Notes under the pieces: generated by a model
Told to the model about the DNA's origin: nothing
Database searches by the model: none
What the model saw: only the letters and a program-made list of their open reading frames with translations
Part shown: positions 27,731 through 36,873 of the stretch, one piece after another
Layout: each line of letters starts with the position of its first letter
Numbering within the stretch: position 1 is the stretch's first letter
Program-made: the position numbers and the translations under genes
Source of the DNA: Candidatus Sigynarchaeum calidifontis
Lineage (GTDB): Archaea; Asgardarchaeota; Lokiarchaeia; Sigyniarchaeales; Sigyniarchaeaceae
Assembly: GCA_030587475.2 (NCBI GenBank)
Contig: JAUQYZ020000116.1
Coordinates: 1-48,183 of the forward strand
DNA length: 48,183 bases
Direction: 5' to 3'

Positions 27731-27904
27731 CTCGTTCCGGGACGCACGCGAGAACGCGCGTGCGTCGATCGTGCAAGATAAAGCAGTGCCGGGATTAAAA
27801 CGGGTCGAAAAGCCTTATCCGGCAACGGTTTCCCGAGCCAACACGAGACACGCTTTTTTCCCATCAAACCTTGTTATATCTTACCGTTGAGATCGGGACA
27901 AACC

Positions 27905-29692
27905 ATGAGTCAGCAAGAGATCTACGACGTGATCGTCGTCGGGGGCGGGCCAGGCGGGTTATCCTTCGCGATGCACGCGGCCAGAAAGGGATTGAAAGTG
28001 CTCGTGTTGGAACGCGGCGAGGCAATCGGCGACAAGAACTCGTCGGGGTGCGCGTTATCGCCGAAGTGCTGGCGGGACTTGCCGTTCATGGAACGGTTTT
28101 TCGCTGAGGTGCCACACCGGTTAGGGAAATCAGCTGCGATGCATTTCATCGACGAGAACGGCCAAGAAACCAGTTCGCTGTCGTATTCCGCGTCGAAACG
28201 ATTCGCGCCATATCCGATTGCGAGCCAGTTCTTGACCGTGAACGTCTACAGGAGCGAGTTTGACAAATGGCTCGAGAAGCTGGCACGAGATGCAGGCGCG
28301 ACAATCAAAACGAGTTCCTTGGTCACGGCCGTGTCGAACACTCATGATGTCGTTACTGAAAAGGTTCCATTGAAGAAAGTAGAAGTGAACGAGTCTCGAT
28401 CCTATCTTGCGCCCGTCATCATCGGTGCAGATGGTGCCTTTTCCATCGTGAGCAAAGCCGAGGGGATCCAAGAACGATGGTGCAACGAGGACCTTTCGAT
28501 CATCGTGACCCTCGATTTCGAGGCGGACCCTGCTAAGATCGACGAGTATTATGGTAACGAGAGTCTTCACTACTATTATGGAGCAAACTTTCCCATTGGC
28601 TACGTGTTTTTCAATCGTGATGGATTTCACGTGGGTCTTGGCCATTACATCAAGTGGTTTCTCGATCAAAAGGTCAATCCTGTTGATGTGCTGGAAGAAT
28701 TGCTTTCAACGCCGGCCGTGCAGCGCGTGATCAAGATCGTGGGTGGTAAGCCTCGCGAATTCCAGGCCCACGTGCTACCTTTTCTGGCCAAGCCCGGTCG
28801 GCTTCATGGTGACGGGTTCATCGTGTTCGGGGACGCGGCAGGGTTGATATGCCCTCTCGAAGCTGAGGGTGTTTACTACGCCATGCTCGCGGGAAAAATT
28901 GCCGCCGACGTGGTCGCCGATGCAAAGATGGCTTGCAATTTTTCAAGCGTGACATTATCGAAATTCGACCGCTTGATAAGGGATAGTCCCATCGGCAAGG
29001 AATTTGCCATGGGCGAGATATGGAAGGACTTTATCGATACGGTGCCGTTTAACTTGGATGCAGCTCCGTGGCTTGTCCCGCTGCTATCTGATACCCTGTA
29101 CGCGGCGATAAACGTTGCGGAACCGCATGCCGAGACTGTTGAAGTGAAAGCCCGCGACCGTGCTATTGCACTGGCTCGGCTCGTGTATCCCAAGATCAAG
29201 AAAGTGATATCAAAGCCTGCAGTCGCGATTCTTGATGAATTTCTCCTACATTACATCGATAAACTAAATTTGTCGCTTGTAATGAAGCCCTTACTCGAAT
29301 CAACGCGAGGAATGCGGGAGAAGATTATCCGGCAAGTACTCGATGATTGGTTGGATAAAAAATCGTCAGAAACGGCCTTTAACGAAGCGTTGCCAAATCT
29401 ATCCTTTCGTCTCTCGAAAAAAAGAAGTTTAAACGTTCGTAACTTGATTCGCACCAAGCCGTCATCCCGCGCGGTCATCACGCATTTCGAGCATCGCTGC
29501 ACAGGCTGTGGTCGTTGCGAGACGGTCTGTCCCGCTTGGTTATGGTCCTTGAAGGATGGAAGGATTAAACTGGAAGTGGGTCATGAAAAATGGTGCTTAG
29601 AGTGCGGTGGTTGTGTTCAAGCATGTCCATCGAGTGCTATAGCGATGAATTACCCCTTGAATGGTGAGGGAGTCGTGTACAGGCACGGCTAA
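27905..29692 (+). CDS. FixC-like FAD oxidoreductase fused to FixX-like ferredoxin
   Basis: VIVVGGGPGG, LERG..IGDKNSSG, RSEFDKWL, GDAAG..EG. C-terminal CTGCGRCETVCP and CLECGGCVQACP, ending YPLNGEGVVYRHG like FixX. Confidence 0.88.
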   Translation: MSQQEIYDVIVVGGGPGGLSFAMHAARKGLKVLVLERGEAIGDKNSSGCALSPKCWRDLPFMERFFAEVPHRLGKSAAMHFIDENGQETSSLSYSASKRFAPYPIASQFLTVNVYRSEFDKWLEKLARDAGATIKTSSLVTAVSNTHDVVTEKVPLKKVEVNESRSYLAPVIIGADGAFSIVSKAEGIQERWCNEDLSIIVTLDFEADPAKIDEYYGNESLHYYYGANFPIGYVFFNRDGFHVGLGHYIKWFLDQKVNPVDVLEELLSTPAVQRVIKIVGGKPREFQAHVLPFLAKPGRLHGDGFIVFGDAAGLICPLEAEGVYYAMLAGKIAADVVADAKMACNFSSVTLSKFDRLIRDSPIGKEFAMGEIWKDFIDTVPFNLDAAPWLVPLLSDTLYAAINVAEPHAETVEVKARDRAIALARLVYPKIKKVISKPAVAILDEFLLHYIDKLNLSLVMKPLLESTRGMREKIIRQVLDDWLDKKSSETAFNEALPNLSFRLSKKRSLNVRNLIRTKPSSRAVITHFEHRCTGCGRCETVCPAWLWSLKDGRIKLEVGHEKWCLECGGCVQACPSSAIAMNYPLNGEGVVYRHG

Positions 29693-29825
29693 AGCCCGAT
29701 CATCGATAAGCATCGCATTTCTTGCACGTTCTCTATCATATCTCTGGATTTAAAATGTAATTAATGAAAAAAAGAAGAAAATTAACATAACGCACGATAG
29801 ATCTCACGCGAAGCGAATATCTGGT

Positions 29826-29942
29826 TTATTTCTTCTTTTTCCCCTTCGCTTCTGGTGCGGGTTTCTCCGCTGGCTTGGCAGCAGCGGGTTTCTCCGCTGG
29901 CTTGGCAGCAGCGGGCTTTTCATTTTTTGCTTTTTTTCCCAT
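29826..29942 (-). CDS. 38-aa Lys/Ala/Pro-rich micropeptide (histone H1 tail-like; not in ORF track)
   Basis: MGKKAKNEKPAAAKPAEKPAAAKPAEKPAPEAKGKKKK-TAA. A GC-rich island with an in-frame 27-bp repeat inside AT-rich intergenic DNA. Confidence 0.75.
   Translation of the reverse strand: MGKKAKNEKPAAAKPAEKPAAAKPAEKPAPEAKGKKKK
29857..29915. repeat. 27-bp tandem repeat (2 perfect copies plus a partial)
   Basis: GCGGGTTTCTCCGCTGGCTTGGCAGCA at 29857-29883 and 29884-29910, then GCGGG. Confidence 0.95.
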
Positions 29943-30395
29943 CGAAACACCGTTTTTTGTCGATCGCACTTCTTTACGCGATTCGTTTCTTGAATTTGGC
30001 TATTGTTTTAAAAATTTTTTGGTTATCCCATCCGTTGCTTGTTTCTGTCGGGATGAAACCGATCTGGAAAATAAGTAAAATCGTGCGATGGATGCAAAAA
30101 GCTTAAAAATTGTATCTGCACGAAGCGCGATCTTTTCTACACAATGTCATTATATCTTAATAGAAAGAATAATTGATACTGGTATCAGCTGTAACGAGGA
30201 TCTTGATATCTCCCTTCTCATGTTGTATTGCAACAAGTTAATTCCGAGACAGGCCCAAATCTCCGCTACTAGCGGCTCAAAAACAATTTTCAATTATTTT
30301 ATGAGAACAATCCCATCATAATCCTGAAATCTCGTTAAAAACAAGTTTCAACTTGGTACCAACAAGGGCGAATAGAAAAGAAGTAGTAATGTGTT

Positions 30396-30710
30396 CTAAT
30401 GGCTGAGTAAAGGCCAAATCTGGTAGAATGCCTTTCCGTCATTCAAGGCTTTCAATGCCCGGAAGGTACGTTCTATGGCTTGCTCGTCCTCCGTGACGTA
30501 CTTCATGCTACACCCGTTCTTTCCCCTGATGATCGTTACCGGCTTCGGTGAGAACTCGATGCGAACCTCGATGTCATAAATGCCGGTAAGTTTGTGTGCG
30601 GTAATGATCGGGAACCTGGCAGCCCCGTCGTGCTTGATATCTTGATACCCGAGTTCTTGCAATTCTTGTTGTATTTTTTGCGTGGATAGGTTCATGATAG
30701 AACCGTTCAC
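30396..30710 (-). CDS. Hypothetical protein (~100 aa)
   Basis: Protein-like alpha/beta ORF with higher GC than its flanks and a purine-rich (GAAGGGA) stretch upstream. Confidence 0.6.
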   Translation of the reverse strand: MNGSIMNLSTQKIQQELQELGYQDIKHDGAARFPIITAHKLTGIYDIEVRIEFSPKPVTIIRGKNGCSMKYVTEDEQAIERTFRALKALNDGKAFYQIWPLLSH

Positions 30711-31659
30711 TCCCTTCGGAAGTGTTCAGCGCATCTTGTTTTTTTATTTGAACTGATTGTGATATGAAACGACGATTCGATATTTAAAGTTTTTTCAATA
30801 AATCGTTAACACAATTGACGATCAGCCACGGCGCGTCGAATTCTCCGAATGATTTCGATAGCGGCGTCAATTCCTCAAGTGATATCTGTAGACACGGAAA
30901 ACCCCCTTCCGTTCGTGCAAATTTCTTCAAAATGGCAAACTCGCAACTCGATGATTCGCTCGATCGAAAGTTATCCATTTTTATTTTTTTTGCACGCCCG
31001 TTCATAAAATCCACTTTTTTTTCGCGATCCGCACGGGCTATCACATTATGTCGATTCCCCACGATACGATTTTTCATCCCAAGGATATGGCTGTGATCCA
31101 CGGCGATCTATTCTCGAAAATGCGGTATTTTTGAGGTTTAATAGATAACGGAAAACCCCGTCTCGATCATGACCGCCCAGCAAGACACGGAATTGTAAAG
31201 ATCTTGGTTAGATCTTCACAATGAAATAATTGCACGTGAAGCCAATCATCAGTGTACTAGTTCACGATTACGGCAACTCACGCGAAAATTGATGGAGATC
31301 CAAGCGCAAGATCATGTGCGGTGTTGAGGCACGACTCTATTCCTATCAATGCCTGCGATGATGATGATACTCTTTGCACGGCAAATAAAAAGCAATGTTA
31401 ATTTTTTCAGCGCCCGAAGTCACCCCATGATGACCACGTGAACCCCGCTGAAAAGTCCATTTTTCCAGAAATCCGTGATATAGGCGCTGCACCTTGTTGA
31501 GTGCGCTCCATATTTTTCATTTTCAGATTTTTTGCGGTTTCGAAAAAAATCAGAAAGATCCGACTGCGGTCTGGAAGCTATCGCATAGCTCAGGGGAAAT
31601 ATCTTAAATTATTTAGGAATACCCGCCTAGAAATTGATTATCTATGTGTGGTGGATTGC

Positions 31660-31980
31660 ATGCCTCAGATTCGAAAATATGTCCGAAAAGACGAAGGAAC
31701 CGACGCGGGCGCGAAGGGGAAGATATGTAACATCAAGGGATGCAACGCGCCTTCCGTGCGCACGTTATCACGGGAAGCCTTTGAAGAATACCTTCGAGAT
31801 GCGGGATTGGAATTAAAATCCGATAAGGAACGCAGGATCACGCCATGCGATGCGCATTACAAGGCAATGAAGAAGAAAAAGAAGAAAGATGACAAGATAA
31901 TGAAAGCCAAGCACGGTCTAGGCGGCGTTTCGAAGGTTGGTGCAAAGGGAATAGGTGCCCAGAAAGGCTATCTAGAATAG
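31660..31980 (+). CDS. Small basic Cys/His zinc-binding archaeal protein
   Basis: CNIKGC..PSVRTLS...CDAHYK plus a Lys run, a pattern seen in conserved small TACK/Asgard proteins. Confidence 0.7.
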   Translation: MPQIRKYVRKDEGTDAGAKGKICNIKGCNAPSVRTLSREAFEEYLRDAGLELKSDKERRITPCDAHYKAMKKKKKKDDKIMKAKHGLGGVSKVGAKGIGAQKGYLE

Positions 31981-31997
31981 GCATTTTCTATCACGCG

Positions 31998-32675
31998 TTA
32001 CCATGCCGAGCCGTCGAGGAAATCCATCACGAATTTCTTCCATTTTAATGCATCGGCACAGAATGCCTTGATCTTGTCTTCCGGAAATGGATCATCTGGT
32101 TTTTGACGCAATTGTTCCGCCGTGGTCATCCATTTATTCATCGAAAGCTGCAGCAAGTTGAATCCCGGCGCGCTCATGAGGAGGGGGATGTTCGCAGCAA
32201 ATTCACGTATTTTTCCAATGCTGAGATACACGATGCGGTTGATCTCCTTGTTCATCGCGTTGTTGATGGCTTCATCGATGCGCTCCTCGATGGTGATGGT
32301 TCGTATGATATCATTTTTTTTATCTTGCTTGGGAAGGATCTTGTCGATAAAGGCGAGAGTTTTCTTCTTGTAATCATCAATGATGCCATCGATCTTGTCC
32401 GCAATCTCATGATTGCACCAGACCGTGATTTCTATGCCTCTTTCTGTCGATTCGATCTGGTAGAACTGGTTGTTCTTATTCAAATAGATGGCAAGATCCC
32501 CGATTTCTTCAGTAACGGGCCGCGCGAAAATAACACGTGATGCTGGTGTGTTCGTGGCGTGAATCGCCACGTGAAAAGCCTCGTTCTTCTTGCAGCCAGG
32601 CGGAATGCCATCGATCGTGATTTTCTTGTTCGTCCAAATTTCCTTTGCCTTTTGGAAGCTGTCGAGGATGGTCAT
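31998..32675 (-). CDS. Hypothetical protein downstream of SepSecS
   Basis: 225-aa ORF from MTILDSF with no recognised motif. Confidence 0.7.
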   Translation of the reverse strand: MTILDSFQKAKEIWTNKKITIDGIPPGCKKNEAFHVAIHATNTPASRVIFARPVTEEIGDLAIYLNKNNQFYQIESTERGIEITVWCNHEIADKIDGIIDDYKKKTLAFIDKILPKQDKKNDIIRTITIEERIDEAINNAMNKEINRIVYLSIGKIREFAANIPLLMSAPGFNLLQLSMNKWMTTAEQLRQKPDDPFPEDKIKAFCADALKWKKFVMDFLDGSAW

Positions 32676-32794
32676 TTGCTTTTGCCCCGAAGAAATTGCG
32701 TTGATGAAGATACTATACCTTATTTCGAAGTTTTTGTATATAAACACGACACGTGGAAACAGATGGCGTTACCTGGAAGCATTCAAGGCCGGAA

Positions 32795-34138
32795 CTATAG
32801 CTGGCTTGCAAGTTTATCCAGCTTTTCGCCGATGCGATCAAAATCCTCTTTCTTTGCGCCGATACCCGCGTTCAAGGTCATATACGGGACCGGATACTTG
32901 TCCACGCAGCTCCCGAACTCGCCGGGAAACACTACACGCGGGCCGGTCACGCGAAGCGAGTAAAGCTTTCCACCTATATCTTCAGGCAGGCCTTCAAGCG
33001 TAACAGCAATGGCGATGGGATTCTCGACTTGGAGGATACGTTGGCCTATCCGGCTAGCAAACTTTTCGGCATGCTTTTGAAGGACAGCCCGGTGTTCTTT
33101 TTGATCGGCCATGAGTTTTTTATAGCCTGCTAAGCCATAGGTAAGAACGGAAGCAAGGAACTGCACGATCGGTTGCGCGCTTGCCCTTCCTGCATACGAT
33201 CGACTCACGGCTTCGATTCGATCCTTACTCCGAGCGCATATAACGGCGCCCCCCACGGGCGTCAAGAAGTTTTTATCGGTGCTTTGCACGACGTAATCGA
33301 CCCGGCCGGCATCCATCGCCCCCCTCAAGAGACGTGAATAAACATCGCTTTGCAAGCCATAGGAATTGTTCACGACATGAGGAATTCCCGCGTCCTTGGC
33401 AAGCTTGGCGATGCTCTTGATGTCATCGGGAGATCTGGGGGGAAAAAAGGCTGTTGTTGACACGATGGCTGCTGTCTTGCTCGTGATCGCTTCTTTCACG
33501 TCTTCCACGGGAACGACGACTGCATCTCCCTCCAGATGGCCCTCGACAACAACTGGTTTGAACCCGGCAAGTTCGATGCCCTTGAGCGGCGATTTATGAT
33601 CGACCCGAGGGTAAACGACCTCGGTTTTCTGCCACGGGTCATCAGGTGTTTGCTCCATCCAGGCCCGGTGGATGGCGGCGAGGCACAAGGCGATGCTCAT
33701 TCCTGTCGCCATTGGTACTACCATCGCAGACTCGACGGCCGGCAATCCGACTCCCTTGATCAAGCTCGTGGCGACACGGTTAGCGATGATGTGGAGAAGC
33801 GATCCGCCTGCTGCCTTCGGTTGCACCGCTGAGATATCACCGCTGCGGCCAATCCCGTGAGTAAATCCCGCTGCGAGGGAGGTCACGTATTCGCTGGCGG
33901 TCCGTCCCTCCCGCTCGCCGACACGAGCTGCAATCTCGTCCTTGTCAGTGTCCATGCCCGAGAGCAAGGTTAATAACAAGTCAATCTGCCTCGTCGTCCA
34001 GCCATGTTCTGGAGTGCAGCGTTGTTCGAGCAACCGCTTGATATCGTCGAGTTGCTCGTCGAGGATCATGAGGCCCCGCTCGAGGATCCCCTTTTCCATC
34101 AAATCCTTGAGTTTTTCTCGAAACAAATCCTTCAACAT
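32795..34138 (-). CDS. spcS: O-phosphoseryl-tRNA(Sec) selenium transferase (SepSecS)
   Basis: VGEREGR, HGIGRSGD...QPKAAG, VPMATGM, HVVNNSYG, QSTDKNFLTPVGG (PLP Lys), GRASA. Confidence 0.96.
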   Translation of the reverse strand: MLKDLFREKLKDLMEKGILERGLMILDEQLDDIKRLLEQRCTPEHGWTTRQIDLLLTLLSGMDTDKDEIAARVGEREGRTASEYVTSLAAGFTHGIGRSGDISAVQPKAAGGSLLHIIANRVATSLIKGVGLPAVESAMVVPMATGMSIALCLAAIHRAWMEQTPDDPWQKTEVVYPRVDHKSPLKGIELAGFKPVVVEGHLEGDAVVVPVEDVKEAITSKTAAIVSTTAFFPPRSPDDIKSIAKLAKDAGIPHVVNNSYGLQSDVYSRLLRGAMDAGRVDYVVQSTDKNFLTPVGGAVICARSKDRIEAVSRSYAGRASAQPIVQFLASVLTYGLAGYKKLMADQKEHRAVLQKHAEKFASRIGQRILQVENPIAIAVTLEGLPEDIGGKLYSLRVTGPRVVFPGEFGSCVDKYPVPYMTLNAGIGAKKEDFDRIGEKLDKLASQL

Positions 34139-34221
34139 GACCGATTACCTTTAGCCGGGGTATCGTGCATGGCCGCGATTATATGGGCTATTAACATTAC
34201 ACGTGGGCTTGGCGCGGTTGG

Positions 34222-35211
34222 TCAGGTTTTCCCATCTTTCAGCCTAGATCTTACATTCCATTCTGCAAATTTCTTGTTTAAGTCGTCGATGAACGCGCTC
34301 TTGTTTCCATTTTCAAAGATGATCTTGTCTTTTTCTATGATAAAACCGAACCGTTCCGCCCAAGCGATGCTATTCTCCTTGAGAACTGCCTCATCAACCT
34401 TTAACAGTTCCGCGAGCTGAGATATCGATAAACTTGTAGAAGCGTTGATGATCTGGCTTGTTTTTTCGAGAGCATCGAGTTCGCTGGGAGGCCGAGGTCT
34501 TCGAGCAGGTTCACCCGGCGTCCCGTAGTTTTCTTGTCCTTGCAAATCACATTGCTCCCGCGTTGATAACGACAAGTTTTTTTCTCTCTTTTCCGTTTTT
34601 TCTGGATGCTTGTAATCCCAGATGATGCTGATCACGAGCAATAATCCCAGAAAACCGAGTAATGGAATCGCAAGATTCGTTTCGTCTAGAAATAACTTGA
34701 TGTACCCTATTTTCGGAATGATACCGACGACTTTTCCGTATACCTTGTCCTCCGGAACGAGATATGCATCCGGATTGGGATTTGCATCCCCTTGAGTCGT
34801 GAACTTCCACATCCCGTCGGTATACGTCTTGTTGATCACCCGGTGGACGACCGGTTCGGAAATAGGGAAAGCCCACAAGCCCTTGGTCTCGTAGATGATC
34901 ACGTCGCCGGTCCTTGCCACGTGATCTCCCGGCATGATGTTTTCCGGCGGGACGTTGTTGACGAACAAGATATCCCCGCGATAAATCGTAGGTTCCATGG
35001 ATCCGGAGGTGACGACGACGACGGGAATCGAAGTGTGGCAAGCAACTTGCATGATGATATAAGCGATATAGGTGCCGCTAAAGATCGCGGCAATGATGAT
35101 GATTGTCGCTAGTAACTGCTTCTTGCCCTTTTCCGTGTTGACGCCACCACCGATTTTAGATACCGATGCCGATCGTGTTTCCGATACCTGCCAGAATGAT
35201 CGTCGCGCCAT
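34222..35211 (-). CDS. Signal peptidase I (Sec11 type) with extra C-terminal winged-helix-like domain; start uncertain
   Basis: VVVTSGSMEPTIYRGD, PVVHRV, TQGDAN..D, IPKIGY, a TM segment, then SISQLAELLKV...WAERFGF...FIDDLNKKFAEW. Confidence 0.88.
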   Translation of the reverse strand: MARRSFWQVSETRSASVSKIGGGVNTEKGKKQLLATIIIIAAIFSGTYIAYIIMQVACHTSIPVVVVTSGSMEPTIYRGDILFVNNVPPENIMPGDHVARTGDVIIYETKGLWAFPISEPVVHRVINKTYTDGMWKFTTQGDANPNPDAYLVPEDKVYGKVVGIIPKIGYIKLFLDETNLAIPLLGFLGLLLVISIIWDYKHPEKTEKREKNLSLSTREQCDLQGQENYGTPGEPARRPRPPSELDALEKTSQIINASTSLSISQLAELLKVDEAVLKENSIAWAERFGFIIEKDKIIFENGNKSAFIDDLNKKFAEWNVRSRLKDGKT

Positions 35212-36307
35212 CGTTTGTTCGTTTTTCGATGGCGATCTTGATGCGTTCCACGATGGTTTTCACGCTCATCGAGATCGATTTCTTCATGGTCGTTATCGCA
35301 TCGACGAGATTCTGCTTGCACAAGTATGCATCGACGGGAATCTTGTTTTCCGTGCTGGTTTGCTCGATCTTGAATTTCTCGTTACCGATGCCACCGATCG
35401 CTGCACCGACACCCTCGACTATCGAGCCGGACTTGTCCCCCTCGAGCTTCATGGCTGCATCGACCATGAAGATTCGATCGACCTTGCCCCCGAGTTGCTG
35501 GACTAGCAGCTTGATGCCCTCGCCGGGTCTCCCGACCGTACCACCAGGACCCATGGCACGTATCACGTAAACAGTGCGATTCTTGTATTCGACCTTTTGC
35601 ACGATGGTTTCCTTGCATATCTCGCTTGCTTCGACCCCTGCCGGCCGGATCGAGCGGACGAACGTCGCGGCGACTTGTGGCCCGAGTGCATCGCCGATGG
35701 GTTGACCGTAATAAAACGCCTTTGCGGCCTTCACGTATGCTTCTGCCATTTGCTGGATGATCTTGATCTGCATAGCCATCTGCATGACGAGGATGAGACT
35801 CTGCGATTTCTTTCCTTGAATGAAGAAGTGGCGCACGACCCGGTAGACCATGTCTACCGCCATGGCCGCCTCGATCAAGTTTTCCAAATTGTGGCCATCG
35901 CGAGGCGAGATGCCCGGAACGAGCATCTTGACGGCATCTTCCCAACGGGATTCGCGGACATCAAGGAGATGGTCGATCTTCGGGATAATGCCAGCTGGAT
36001 CCAGGGACACCGGCTCGATCGTGGCAAATTGGAAGAATTCATCGAGAAATTCATCGAGCTCCTTGGTGCTAACCTCGCTTTGATCCTTTTCCCTTGCGTT
36101 TTTCTTGCGGAGTTCGATGATCTTGTTTTTCGTTAGTGATTTCGTTTCTTCCCGCATCTCCTTGAACTTGATCAAGGCACCTTCAAGCTGGCGGCTGTAA
36201 GTCCAGTATTGGATCTTTTGTCCGTAGAAGATTGACAAGAAAATGAAGCCATAAAACGCGAGATTGAGGATGATCTGCCAGGGTTCTGTCTGTCCTTGTA
36301 GAATCAT
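35156..36307 (-). CDS. DUF1512 family membrane-anchored protein
   Basis: N-terminal TM, IEPVSLDPAGII, QPIGDALGP, GPGGTVGRPG, VDAAMKLEG, GIGNTIGI. Confidence 0.85.
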   Translation of the reverse strand: MILQGQTEPWQIILNLAFYGFIFLSIFYGQKIQYWTYSRQLEGALIKFKEMREETKSLTKNKIIELRKKNAREKDQSEVSTKELDEFLDEFFQFATIEPVSLDPAGIIPKIDHLLDVRESRWEDAVKMLVPGISPRDGHNLENLIEAAMAVDMVYRVVRHFFIQGKKSQSLILVMQMAMQIKIIQQMAEAYVKAAKAFYYGQPIGDALGPQVAATFVRSIRPAGVEASEICKETIVQKVEYKNRTVYVIRAMGPGGTVGRPGEGIKLLVQQLGGKVDRIFMVDAAMKLEGDKSGSIVEGVGAAIGGIGNEKFKIEQTSTENKIPVDAYLCKQNLVDAITTMKKSISMSVKTIVERIKIAIEKRTNDGATIILAGIGNTIGIGI

Positions 36308-36873
36308 GAGAATTCGCCTTCAAGGCGTGTTCTTCCGGAGGCGATGCTCAAGCAATCGCGAGTCGCCTCGAATGTTATCATGACGAGCGTGTTGCTTATC
36401 TTACGATGTAAGATAGGCTTTATTTGATTTTGCGGGTTTTTCCCCATGTGTCAAGGTTGATTGATGCCACGGCTATTCGCATCAAATTTCGTGCTTTTAA
36501 ATTACTCGTCGTTTATTATTTCCTTTACACCGTGTTTTAGCTGCTAATATTTATTCAATGATGTGGAAATCGAAAGTTATGGCTTGTTTGTAGCTATCTT
36601 TTTCTTTATTGCCGTTGTTTTCGTCATAATCGGAAAAAAATATCTGGTTATGTGGTTTTTCTATATTCTTCATCATCAAAGAGATGTATTGGAGGGAAGA
36701 CGACCCTTTCATTGACTCTCGCGCTTGGCACATGTTCCAACTGCATGAGGGCGCAATGCAAATCTTTTTAATCGCCACATGGTTTATGGCCTTGGTGAAT
36801 CGACGCGCCGAGAACCCACGTGCATGCGCGTTGTTACCTCCGTGTATTCCTTTCCAGTATGAGTGGTCATTCT

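Noticed and set aside
29857-29915. 27-bp repeat as a mini-CRISPR
   Set aside because: The copies are directly adjacent with no spacers, no cas genes are present, and the repeat is explained by a coding frame.
29855-30106. Plus-strand ORFs over the repeat (RVSPLAWQQ / AAAGFS)
   Set aside because: Shadows of the minus-strand Lys/Ala/Pro peptide, which has a proper ATG and stop.
30784-31101. 105-aa and 93-aa ORFs in the long intergenic region
   Set aside because: They overlap on opposite strands, are AT-rich with homopolymer runs, and show no protein-like pattern.
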